The notes beneath the pieces were generated by a model, which saw only the letters and a list, made by a program, of their open reading frames with translations, had not been told where the DNA came from and did not search any database. Positions 1-8,074 of a DNA stretch of 24,129 nucleotides are shown in pieces. The stretch is from an uncultured Dehalococcoidia bacterium (GTDB lineage: Bacteria > Chloroflexota > Dehalococcoidia > Lucifugimonadales > OSU-TB39), in contig CAYRIG010000001.1 of NCBI GenBank assembly GCA_964424315.1, positions 1 through 24,129 on the forward strand, in the 5' to 3' direction. Position 1 is the first letter of the stretch; the number at the start of each line of letters is the position of its first letter. A program made the translations under genes and the position numbers.

Positions 1-327
1 AATTTCTACACCAAGCTTAAATTTCTTTGCTGGTTTACAAATAATTTTCCATTCAACAGGTGAAGTTTTTTCTACAAGTAAAATCTCTAATTTAGATTGA
101 GAAGCACCAGAGAATACCCCATATAGCCTAGCATTTATAACACGTGTGTCGTTAAAAACCAACAAATCATCTTTTTTAAGATATTCTTTTATGTCCCGAA
201 ATTTACGGTTTTCAAGTTTCTTAGATATTCTGTCTATAACCATGAGCCTAGAAGAGTGGCGTGGTTCAGCAGGCTGATTTGCTATCAGATTATCTGGTAA
301 AAAGTAATCAAAGTAATCTATATTCAT
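1..327 (-). CDS. queA: S-adenosylmethionine:tRNA ribosyltransferase-isomerase QueA, N-terminal part (runs off the left edge; missing from the ORF track)
   Basis: Manual translation from ATG at 327: MNIDYFDYFLPDNLIANQPAEPRHSSRLMVIDR...LLVFNDTRVINARLYG, matching the QueA N-terminal motifs (FDY.LP..LIA..P, SRLM, LVFNDTRVI.ARL). An in-frame stop just upstream fixes the start. Confidence 0.93.
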   Translation of the reverse strand, partial: MNIDYFDYFLPDNLIANQPAEPRHSSRLMVIDRISKKLENRKFRDIKEYLKKDDLLVFNDTRVINARLYGVFSGASQSKLEILLVEKTSPVEWKIICKPAKKFKLGVEI

Positions 328-360
328 TTGGCAATCTGTTTAAATAGGCGAATCAATAAT

Positions 361-1248
361 TTAAAGATTATTTCTTCTTTTAGCGGATTCAAGAGTGTTT
401 TTTAGAAGCATGGCTATAGTCATAGGACCGACACCTCCAGGAACAGGAGTAATTGCTGATGAAACGTCTTTAACGTTTTCGAAATCAACATCTCCTACCA
501 ACCTATATCCTGATTTGCGACTGTCATCTTGAATGCGGTTTGTACCTACATCAATCACAACTGCTCCTTTTTTGACCATATCTGCTTTAATAAAATTTTG
601 TTGTCCAACCGCAGCAATAAGTATATCTGCTTGACTAGTTATATGATGAAGATTTTGAGTCATACTATGGCACACTGTGACAGTAGCGTTTGCTCCTTTA
701 TTACGCTGCATCAATAATAACCCCAAGGGTTTTCCAACTATTTCGCTCCTTCCGCAAATTACCACATGCTTGCCTGAAATCTCTATACCACTTTTAACCA
801 ATATATGCTGCACTCCTGCAGGGGTAGCCGGAACAAATCTAGGTTGGCCTTTCACCAAAAGTCCTACATTATATGGATGCAATCCATCAACATCTTTGTC
901 TGGACTTATTACATTAATAATTTTTTCTTGATCAATGTGGTCTGGGAGAGGCAATTGCACCAATATTCCATCTACTTTGACATCTTTACTTAATTTAGCT
1001 ACATAATCTTCCAATTCTTTTTGGCTTGTGGATTCTGGGAGATAATAATCTAAAGCCTCCATCCCCACACCTGTTGCTGACCTTTTCTTGTTTCTAACAT
1101 AGACTTTAGAAGCCGAATCTTCTCCAACCAAAACTGCAGCTAGTCCTAGTGAAAATCCAGTGTTGGATTTTCTTATTAAATTTATTTCCGACGCTACAGA
1201 TTTTGTTAAGTCATCTGCAATAGCTTTACCATCAAGTACAATAGACAT
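361..1248 (-). CDS. folD: Bifunctional methylene-THF dehydrogenase / methenyl-THF cyclohydrolase FolD
   Basis: Motifs YVRNK, DGILVQLPLP, KDVDG, PATPAG, GRSEIVGKP, VIDVG, TPVPGGVGPMTIAML. Confidence 0.97.
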   Translation of the reverse strand: MSIVLDGKAIADDLTKSVASEINLIRKSNTGFSLGLAAVLVGEDSASKVYVRNKKRSATGVGMEALDYYLPESTSQKELEDYVAKLSKDVKVDGILVQLPLPDHIDQEKIINVISPDKDVDGLHPYNVGLLVKGQPRFVPATPAGVQHILVKSGIEISGKHVVICGRSEIVGKPLGLLLMQRNKGANATVTVCHSMTQNLHHITSQADILIAAVGQQNFIKADMVKKGAVVIDVGTNRIQDDSRKSGYRLVGDVDFENVKDVSSAITPVPGGVGPMTIAMLLKNTLESAKRRNNL

Positions 1249-1387
1249 TATTATTCCCTTAAGACACTATATATTACTAATATATTAAACTACACAATAC
1301 AAATAAATGTTCTTTATCTTGTATTAAAATATCAATATAATGGTTCAATATAAAACGTCTGTAAAAATTAATCGGAGAAATTAAACT

Positions 1388-2269
1388 GTGAGCAAGCTTT
1401 CAACTAATTTACAATCAGGAAAGTTCACCGTAACTTGTGAATTGAATCCCCCTAAAGGCATTAACTTAGAAAAACTCTTTAAAAAAGCCGATATGTTAAA
1501 AGAACGGGTGGTAGCAATTAATATTACCGATTCGGCAGGTTCTAATATGACGATGGCACCTATTGCGGTATCTCACCTTTTGAACCACCGCGGCATTGAA
1601 CCCATATTGCAAATTACAGGAAGAGATAGAAATAGAATAGCAATACAGGCAGATTTAATAGCAGCTAGCACACTTGGCATAACGAATGTTCTGACCATGA
1701 GCGGTGACCCTCCAAAACACGGAGACCACCCAGAAGCCAAACCTGTATTTGACTTAAACTCAACTCAAGTTCTAGATGCAATGAAAGCTATGCAGGCAGG
1801 AAAAGATCTTGGTGGAAATGCTCTTGAAAGTAATCCTGAATTCTTTCGAGGTGCCGTAGTAAATCCTGGTGCTAAAGACCTAGAAACTGAATTTGTCAAA
1901 ATGGAACAAAAGGTTGCAAGCGGAGCCCAATTTTTTCAGACACAAGCCATATTTGAGCCAGATGCGTTGGGAAAATTTATGGCGACTGCCAAAAATTTTA
2001 ATGTTCCAATTCTTGCCGGAATAATTGTTCTTAAATCTGCTAAGATGGCAAATTACCTCAATTCATATCTGCCCGGAATCTCTATACCGGAGAATATAAT
2101 TAAAAGCCTTGATTTAAGCGACAGAGACGCTATAAAAAAGGAAAGCATTTCAATCACGGCAAATATCATCAAAGAAATTCATGAAATGTGTGATGGCATA
2201 CACGTTATGGCGATAGGATGGGAAAACATGATCCCTAACATTCTTGATGAGTCAAATATAAGCAATTAA
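1388..2269 (+). CDS. metF: Methylenetetrahydrofolate reductase (MetF family)
   Basis: ELNPPKG, NITDS, RDRNRIAIQADL, GITNVLTMSGDPP, GAQFFQTQ, GIHVMAIG. GTG start with GGAG at 1374-1377. Confidence 0.93.
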   Translation: MSKLSTNLQSGKFTVTCELNPPKGINLEKLFKKADMLKERVVAINITDSAGSNMTMAPIAVSHLLNHRGIEPILQITGRDRNRIAIQADLIAASTLGITNVLTMSGDPPKHGDHPEAKPVFDLNSTQVLDAMKAMQAGKDLGGNALESNPEFFRGAVVNPGAKDLETEFVKMEQKVASGAQFFQTQAIFEPDALGKFMATAKNFNVPILAGIIVLKSAKMANYLNSYLPGISIPENIIKSLDLSDRDAIKKESISITANIIKEIHEMCDGIHVMAIGWENMIPNILDESNISN

Positions 2270-2295
2270 ACAACGGTTATATTACCCAAATTATT

Positions 2296-2667
2296 ATGCT
2301 AGTCACTGGCGTAGATGTAATTGAAATTGAACGCATAGGTAGGATTGCCGACCTATATAAGGATAGGTTTTTAAATAGAATCTATACATCTAGAGAATTG
2401 ATTTATTGTAATAATAGAATCAATCAACTTTCTACTCGATTCGCTGCCAAAGAAGCTGTCATGAAAGCGCTGGGAACAGGCACAACAGTTAATTGGAAAG
2501 ATATAGAAGTAACCAGAAACCCTGGGGAAGCACCACAGATTTTATTACACGGGAAAGCTAAAATTCATGCTTCCAAAAATAATATAAATAACCTCAGTGT
2601 ATCTCTTTCTCATTCAAGAGAATTTGCAATAGCTGTAGTAGTAGGAACGATAGATAATCAAAAATGA
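2296..2667 (+). CDS. acpS: Holo-[acyl-carrier-protein] synthase
   Basis: GVDVIEIERI, RFAAKEAVMKALGTG, SVSLSHS; adjacent to nnr (common synteny). Confidence 0.95.
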   Translation: MLVTGVDVIEIERIGRIADLYKDRFLNRIYTSRELIYCNNRINQLSTRFAAKEAVMKALGTGTTVNWKDIEVTRNPGEAPQILLHGKAKIHASKNNINNLSVSLSHSREFAIAVVVGTIDNQK

Positions 2668-4223
2668 AAATTGTTACTTCCGAAGAAATGAGAGATTTAG
2701 AAAATGCAGCATTCAAACAAGGCACATCTCAACACACATTGATGGAAAATGCTGGTTTAGGGATAGCTAGAAAAGCAAGAAACCTTTTGGGTAATCTAGC
2801 ACCTAACAACATTCTTGTTTTGGTAGGCTCTGGTAACAATGGAAGTGACGCATTAATCGCTGCTAAATATCTCAAAATGTGGGGTGCAGAAGTAACAATT
2901 TATTTATGCTCAAATAGAAAAGAGTCGTATCCGAACATGACACCCCTACAAAATCTGGGGGTTCAAATTAAAAATTATTTAAATGACTCACAGCTAAGTG
3001 ATTTGAAATTTGCGATTTATACATCTAACCTTCTTGTTGATGGAATTATGGGAACAGGCTTATCTAGATCAATTCAAGGAGACATTCTGCCCATATTTGA
3101 GTTAATCAAAAAAACCAATAATCAAAATCTTTACAGAATATCTGTTGACATCCCTTCAGGGCTTAATTCGGATACAGGAGACGCTGATGAACTAAGTATA
3201 AAGTCTGATTTAACCTTAACCTTTGGGTATCCTAAGCTTGGACTTTATTTAAATCAAGGATCCTCATTAACAGGCAAAGTTGAAGTTTTAGATATAGGAA
3301 TCCCAAAAAATATCATCCCGCAATCCAAAATCAATTTAATAACTAGGTCTTGGGCAAAAAATGTTATTCCAAATAGGCCTAAAAATGCACATAAGGGGAC
3401 TTTTGGTAAAACATTAATTATAGGCGGGTCCAAATTTTATACAGGAGCACCCTATCTATCTGCAATTGCCGCTGCTAGATCTGGGGTTGGATTAGTCACC
3501 CTCGCAGTAACAAGCGACGTTCAAAAATCCGTATCTTCGTTAACCCCGATTCCAACATATTTGCCTTTATCAGATCTTTCAAACGAAACAAGCCGGGATT
3601 ATAACATCGAAATGCTTTTAAATAACATCACCAAATATAAATCTGTTTTGATTGGGCCGGGTTTTGGAACAGCTGTTGAAACCCAAAGGTTTTTACAAGA
3701 CCTGTTAGAAAAAAAACCTAAACTTCCACCAGCAATATTGGATGCAGACGCAATTAATATGTTGAATAAAAACGATAACGAAGATTGGTGGTCTAATCTA
3801 CCTTCTGAAACAATTTTAACTCCGCACTTAGCAGAATTTTCTAGATTGACTAATTTATCCATTGATAAGATAAATTCGGACAAAATAAACATTGCCTCAA
3901 AAATTGCAAGCGAATCTAAAACCTTTATTATCCTTAAAGGAGCTAATACCATTGTAGCTACGCCTACAGGTACAATTTTCATCAGCCCGTTTGCAAATCC
4001 ATCTTTAGCTACAGCCGGTACAGGGGATGTTTTGGCAGGAATCATTGCTGGACTTTTGGCTCAAGGGCTTTCTCCTGAATCTGCTTCGATATTAGCTGTT
4101 TTTGTTCACGGGCAAGCCGGAAAATATGTAAATTGCCAATATGGAGATCAAGGAGCATTGGCAAGCGATCTACTAGAATATATCCCCAAATCTATAAAGC
4201 ATAGTAGCAGCCAAAATTCTTAA
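2664..4223 (+). CDS. nnr: Bifunctional NAD(P)H-hydrate epimerase/dehydratase (YjeF, NnrE-NnrD fusion)
   Basis: YjeF-N motifs LMENAG, GSGNNGSD, DIPSG; carbohydrate-kinase domain HKGTFGK, IGPG, DADA, LTPHLAEFSRL, LKGA, TAGTGDVLAG. ATGA-type overlap with acpS. Confidence 0.95.
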   Translation: MKIVTSEEMRDLENAAFKQGTSQHTLMENAGLGIARKARNLLGNLAPNNILVLVGSGNNGSDALIAAKYLKMWGAEVTIYLCSNRKESYPNMTPLQNLGVQIKNYLNDSQLSDLKFAIYTSNLLVDGIMGTGLSRSIQGDILPIFELIKKTNNQNLYRISVDIPSGLNSDTGDADELSIKSDLTLTFGYPKLGLYLNQGSSLTGKVEVLDIGIPKNIIPQSKINLITRSWAKNVIPNRPKNAHKGTFGKTLIIGGSKFYTGAPYLSAIAAARSGVGLVTLAVTSDVQKSVSSLTPIPTYLPLSDLSNETSRDYNIEMLLNNITKYKSVLIGPGFGTAVETQRFLQDLLEKKPKLPPAILDADAINMLNKNDNEDWWSNLPSETILTPHLAEFSRLTNLSIDKINSDKINIASKIASESKTFIILKGANTIVATPTGTIFISPFANPSLATAGTGDVLAGIIAGLLAQGLSPESASILAVFVHGQAGKYVNCQYGDQGALASDLLEYIPKSIKHSSSQNS

Positions 4224-4242
4224 GAAATATTGAGGAGCTAAC

Positions 4243-4968
4243 TTGGCACAATTAAAAGGCAGAGATAGGAGTCGATATGTCTCTAATATGTTTTCGGCAA
4301 TCGCCAAACGGTATGATTTACTCAATACAATAATTAGTGTGGGTCAGCATTGGATATGGAGAAGAAAAACAATATCTATAAGTACCGCTGATATCTCTGG
4401 CCGGGTACTAGATGTCGCTACTGGAACAGGAGACATGGCTATCCTTTTATCTAAAAACCCCAGATTTACTTCAATAATCGGGTTGGATTTCACTCCAGAA
4501 ATGATTTCGATAGCCCGAAAAAAATCAAAGCCAGTTAATAATAAATTGTCTTATCTAGTGGCTGATTCGCACAATCTACCTTTTCCACCATCAACTTTTA
4601 ATTTAGTTACGGTAGCTTTCGGCGTAAGAAATTTCATCGACATTGATAAAGCACTAAACGAAATAAAACAAGCACTTTGCAAAGGTGGGAAAATAACAAT
4701 ATTGGAAATTGTAAAAAACCCATCTGAATCACCCTTAACAAAATTGTTTGGTTATTATTTCAAAAATATTGTTCCTTTATTCGGTTTAATATTTGCTGGC
4801 AACAAGAGCGCCTACAAATATCTCCCTGAATCGGTCGGCAGTTTTATAACATGTGGTGAGATTGTACGGTTGATGAAAAAATCTGGTTTCAGCAATATAA
4901 CTACTCAAAGCATGTCATTTGGTTCTGTATCCATAATCTCAGGAGAAAAATGTGAAGAGCAATTTTAA
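4243..4968 (+). CDS. menG: UbiE/MenG-family demethylmenaquinone methyltransferase
   Basis: MFSAIAKRYDLLN, SAM motif VLDVATGTGD, VAFGVRN, AYKYLPESV. TTG start with GAGGAG at 4232-4237. Confidence 0.88.
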   Translation: MAQLKGRDRSRYVSNMFSAIAKRYDLLNTIISVGQHWIWRRKTISISTADISGRVLDVATGTGDMAILLSKNPRFTSIIGLDFTPEMISIARKKSKPVNNKLSYLVADSHNLPFPPSTFNLVTVAFGVRNFIDIDKALNEIKQALCKGGKITILEIVKNPSESPLTKLFGYYFKNIVPLFGLIFAGNKSAYKYLPESVGSFITCGEIVRLMKKSGFSNITTQSMSFGSVSIISGEKCEEQF

Positions 4969-4987
4969 ACATAAAATCTCCCAAAAA

Positions 4988-6082
4988 TCAATTTAAGTCT
5001 AAGCTCCTTATCTCCAATCTTGAAGCCGTTTCTTGTATGAATTCAACAACCTCTTTATGCAAAGGAATTCCATTAAGTAATCTGTCATTTTCATCTTTGA
5101 ATTCTGGCAACCCTGGATATAAAACTTCGTTAAACCCAGGGGCTGGTTTAGAATCCACCAATTTACCCAACATATCGTCCATATTTTTCTTAAATTCATT
5201 TAAATCAGTAAATGCAGATATGTCATAAGCAGCAAAAAGATGTTTGTTGGTGGCTTCATGACCTTCCAGCATACTAGGTATGCCTCCAGACATTAGAGAA
5301 CACATTATTTCATTTACTAAAGATAAGCCATATCCCTTGTGTGACCCTATTTCCCTAGTACCACCAAGTGGTAACAATGGAGGAATATCAATATGATCTT
5401 CTACTTTATATTCTTCCATTATAGGAACACCATTTTCGTCAGACACCCACCCAGGCATTAATTTTTTACCACTCCTTTGAGCTAACCTAACCTTATTTCC
5501 TGCAACCGAACATGTTGCAGCATCAAATAAGAATGTTGGCTTGTTATTTGTTGGGGCCGCCACTGCTATTGGATTTGTTCCTAATAAAGGCTCAGCAGAA
5601 AAAGTTGGAACAACCCTCAGGCCTCCGGTGGTCATGCACATCCCTAACATATCTTCTTTAGCGGCTATCAAAGCATGATGTCCTATCGCTCCCGAATGAC
5701 CTGCATTTCTCATTGTCACAATGCCAACACCTACCTTTTTGGCTTTTTGTATCGCTATCTTCATTGCCTTTGGTCCTAAAATTATGGCTAATCCAGTATC
5801 GGCATCTACAGTGGCAGTTGATGGCGACTCTTTTACAATTTTCCAATTTGCTCTTGGTTTAATTATTTGATCTTTATAATAACTAATATATTCTTTCAAC
5901 ATATTAGAAACACCATGGCTTTCTACCCCCCGCAAATCCGATTCGACTAACACTTCAGATGCAATAGTTGCATCTTCAATAGTCTCTCCCATCCTTTCAA
6001 ATATTTGTTTAACAGTTTCCCTTAAATCCTTATGGTCTACACGAACTTGGTCTTTAGTTGGTACTTTAAAACGTTCTAACAT
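4988..6082 (-). CDS. Ldh_2-family (type 2 malate/L-lactate/sulfolactate dehydrogenase-like) oxidoreductase; substrate unknown
   Basis: SDLRGVESHG, HSGAIG, GTNPIAVAAP, DAAT, HKGYGL, LYPG. Preferred start is ATG 6082 (MLERF, AGGAG upstream) rather than the ORF-track start at 6145. Confidence 0.88.
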   Translation of the reverse strand: MLERFKVPTKDQVRVDHKDLRETVKQIFERMGETIEDATIASEVLVESDLRGVESHGVSNMLKEYISYYKDQIIKPRANWKIVKESPSTATVDADTGLAIILGPKAMKIAIQKAKKVGVGIVTMRNAGHSGAIGHHALIAAKEDMLGMCMTTGGLRVVPTFSAEPLLGTNPIAVAAPTNNKPTFLFDAATCSVAGNKVRLAQRSGKKLMPGWVSDENGVPIMEEYKVEDHIDIPPLLPLGGTREIGSHKGYGLSLVNEIMCSLMSGGIPSMLEGHEATNKHLFAAYDISAFTDLNEFKKNMDDMLGKLVDSKPAPGFNEVLYPGLPEFKDENDRLLNGIPLHKEVVEFIQETASRLEIRSLDLN

Positions 6083-6199
6083 GAGTTTTCTCCTACAATG
6101 AATTTTTGAACTATAGATTTGCAGTAAATATAACTCCAGTTCCAATACAATATATTTATTTATATTTAAACTCTAGATATATACAAAAGAAATTCTTTA

Positions 6200-6228
6200 T
6201 TGAAATTTAGTATACAGAAGCCTAGGCT
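6200..6228 (+). promoter_or_regulatory. Candidate sigma70 promoter for the LPxTG protein gene
   Basis: TTGAAA (6200-6205), 17 bp, TAGGCT (6223-6228). Confidence 0.5.
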
Positions 6229-6318
6229 AAACCGCTGGCTTGTGGTAAATTATTACCTAATAGGACATGCATAAGCAGTTCAAAATGTCTCTCAACTACA
6301 GTAGTGTGGAGAAGCGAA

Positions 6319-7026
6319 ATGAAGAAATACATGATTTTTATTAAAACCTTTTTGCCTGTTATAGCAATAACATTAGCTATATTAGGAAGTAATTCTCAGG
6401 CGCATGCAGCGACAACAGCGCTAGATGCTACAATTGCATCTTTAAAATCTGAGGTTTCCCAGGCTTTAGCTCAAGCTAATCTGGCTAAGTCAGCCACGAC
6501 TTTAGCCGAGAAAAAGAGCTATGCGAATAAAGCTAATAGTATAATTACGGGCTCAGGTGGCGTACTTGAACTTGCATCTGCTGCAAGTGTACAGTCTCAA
6601 GGAGCGCTTGACTCTGCAACAGCTAATGAAGACGACGATGCGATTGCTTATACTACTACTATAAATACCGCAATTACAAACATATCTTCTTGGTCAGCTG
6701 TATCAAGTGATGCTGCTGGGCAAGCTGCTTCAGCAAGTTCATCTAGCCTAGCCGATATATACATTGGGCCAGGTGGTAACACATTAATCTCTGGTTTAGA
6801 AGCATCTTTAAATGGCTGGGGAAGCCATCCTGGGATAAGTCAAGCTGAATCAGCTAGTACAAGCCTATCAGGTGTTGATACTACTGTATCTATCCCTGCT
6901 GTAACACTGCCTTCGACTGGCGGACAATCTTTGGACATGGCAATAGTCCTTCTTGCATTATTTGGTCTCGTCTTTATAGGAACCGGGACTTCTGCCGTAT
7001 ACGCTTATTCAAAATCTAAATATTGA
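6319..7026 (+). CDS. Secreted Ala/Ser-rich protein with a C-terminal LPxTG-type sorting signal
   Basis: Signal peptide MKKYMIFIKTFLPVIAITLAILGSNSQAHA|A. C-terminus has LPSTG (6907-6921), a hydrophobic helix and a basic tail (KSKY). ATG 6319 follows GGAG at 6308-6311. Confidence 0.8.
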   Translation: MKKYMIFIKTFLPVIAITLAILGSNSQAHAATTALDATIASLKSEVSQALAQANLAKSATTLAEKKSYANKANSIITGSGGVLELASAASVQSQGALDSATANEDDDAIAYTTTINTAITNISSWSAVSSDAAGQAASASSSSLADIYIGPGGNTLISGLEASLNGWGSHPGISQAESASTSLSGVDTTVSIPAVTLPSTGGQSLDMAIVLLALFGLVFIGTGTSAVYAYSKSKY

Positions 7027-7032
7027 TATAGA

Positions 7033-7071
7033 AATAAACCTACCATCTTATAATAAGGCGGTAGGTTTATT
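7033..7071 (+). terminator. Intrinsic terminator-like hairpin after the LPxTG gene
   Basis: Perfect 12-bp inverted repeat AATAAACCTACC (7033-7044) / GGTAGGTTTATT (7060-7071), starting 6 nt after the stop codon. Confidence 0.7.
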
Positions 7072-7082
7072 ATAATCTACAT

Positions 7083-7277
7083 ATGGGTTTCAAAAGAATA
7101 AGCACTCATTTTTCTGACATTAATTCTAATATCTCCACGATTATTGAAAATAGCCTTCAAATTAATGATCAGCCTGTGATTGTTACATGTGATATTTGTG
7201 GATTCCAGTTTACTGACATGCATTGTAAACTTAAATGCACCAAATGTGGTTACATGCGTGACTGTAGCGATCCATAA
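7083..7277 (+). CDS. Small Cys-rich zinc-finger-like protein (64 aa)
   Basis: C-terminal CDICG...HCKLKCTKCGYMRDCSDP with two CxxCG knuckles plus two further Cys; same strand as the flanking genes. Confidence 0.75.
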   Translation: MGFKRISTHFSDINSNISTIIENSLQINDQPVIVTCDICGFQFTDMHCKLKCTKCGYMRDCSDP

Positions 7278-7294
7278 AAACAAGCGTCTTTCCT

Positions 7295-8074
7295 TTGCAA
7301 ATGGATAAAAGAAACTTATTTCGGTTTATATCAAATTCCTATTCATCCCCAATTAAAATCCTCCTGTATTTACGTTTTGGTTACATAGGATTTGCCATAT
7401 TTGTTTTATCTGGGTTTTACTCAAGCTGTATTTTTAATACAAAAAATGATAATGAAACTACATGGAATGAACTCCCAAGTGCTTTTGAAGTTTTATCCGC
7501 CTCTATCAATGAAATGGAGAATTTGAACTCATTCCATTTTAAGTCTACTGGCTCTATTTCAGCCACAGAAAATTTACTCTTAACTCAAATCCAAGGTGAA
7601 CTCATTAAACCTAATTATATGAACTTACAAATAAATGGTTCTTATTCTTCAGGACTAGTATTTAAAACAAGATTAATCTCACATGATGGCAAAGGTTTAA
7701 TTTTAAATCCGCTGAACAAAAAGTGGGAACCAGTTTCTGAAAACTTCAATCCAACAGGATTTTTTACTCCGCACAAAGGCATATCGAAAATCATGAGCGA
7801 ATTATACGATGTTCAGATTTCGTCCTCAGATAGTTCAGATAGTTATTATCAGTTAAATGGGATGTTGAATTCGGATTCATTAAATTACTTACTAGGAGAG
7901 ATTCCGCAACAATCACATATCAAAGTAGTATTATCAATAGGCAAGAATAATAAGTTACTATACCAAGCTAAACTGAACGGCAAATTTACGGAATCAAAAC
8001 CTAATAACGATTTGTTTATCGATATAACTAAACACAACCAACCAGTAAAGATAGAAATCCCCATCATTGAATGA
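7295..8074 (+). CDS. LppX/LprAFG-family (LprG-like) lipoprotein; exact start uncertain (TTG 7295, ATG 7301 or later)
   Basis: Hydrophobic segment ending in Cys45 (FYSSC). Segments MENLNSFHF, FNPTGFFTPHKGISKIM and C-terminal ITKHNQPVKIEIP resemble LprG/LppX as I recall them. 4-nt overlap with the MFS gene. Confidence 0.7.
   Translation: MQMDKRNLFRFISNSYSSPIKILLYLRFGYIGFAIFVLSGFYSSCIFNTKNDNETTWNELPSAFEVLSASINEMENLNSFHFKSTGSISATENLLLTQIQGELIKPNYMNLQINGSYSSGLVFKTRLISHDGKGLILNPLNKKWEPVSENFNPTGFFTPHKGISKIMSELYDVQISSSDSSDSYYQLNGMLNSDSLNYLLGEIPQQSHIKVVLSIGKNNKLLYQAKLNGKFTESKPNNDLFIDITKHNQPVKIEIPIIE

Noticed and set aside
6229-6280. Cyclic-di-GMP-I riboswitch (GGCTAAACC...GGAC...AAGC resemblance)
   Set aside because: No GNRA tetraloop/receptor or proper P2 stem, and part of the match overlaps the predicted -10 box.
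6319-7026. Horizontally acquired island (locally higher GC)
   Set aside because: Explained by Ala/Ser/Gly-rich composition; no integrase, tRNA or flanking repeats.
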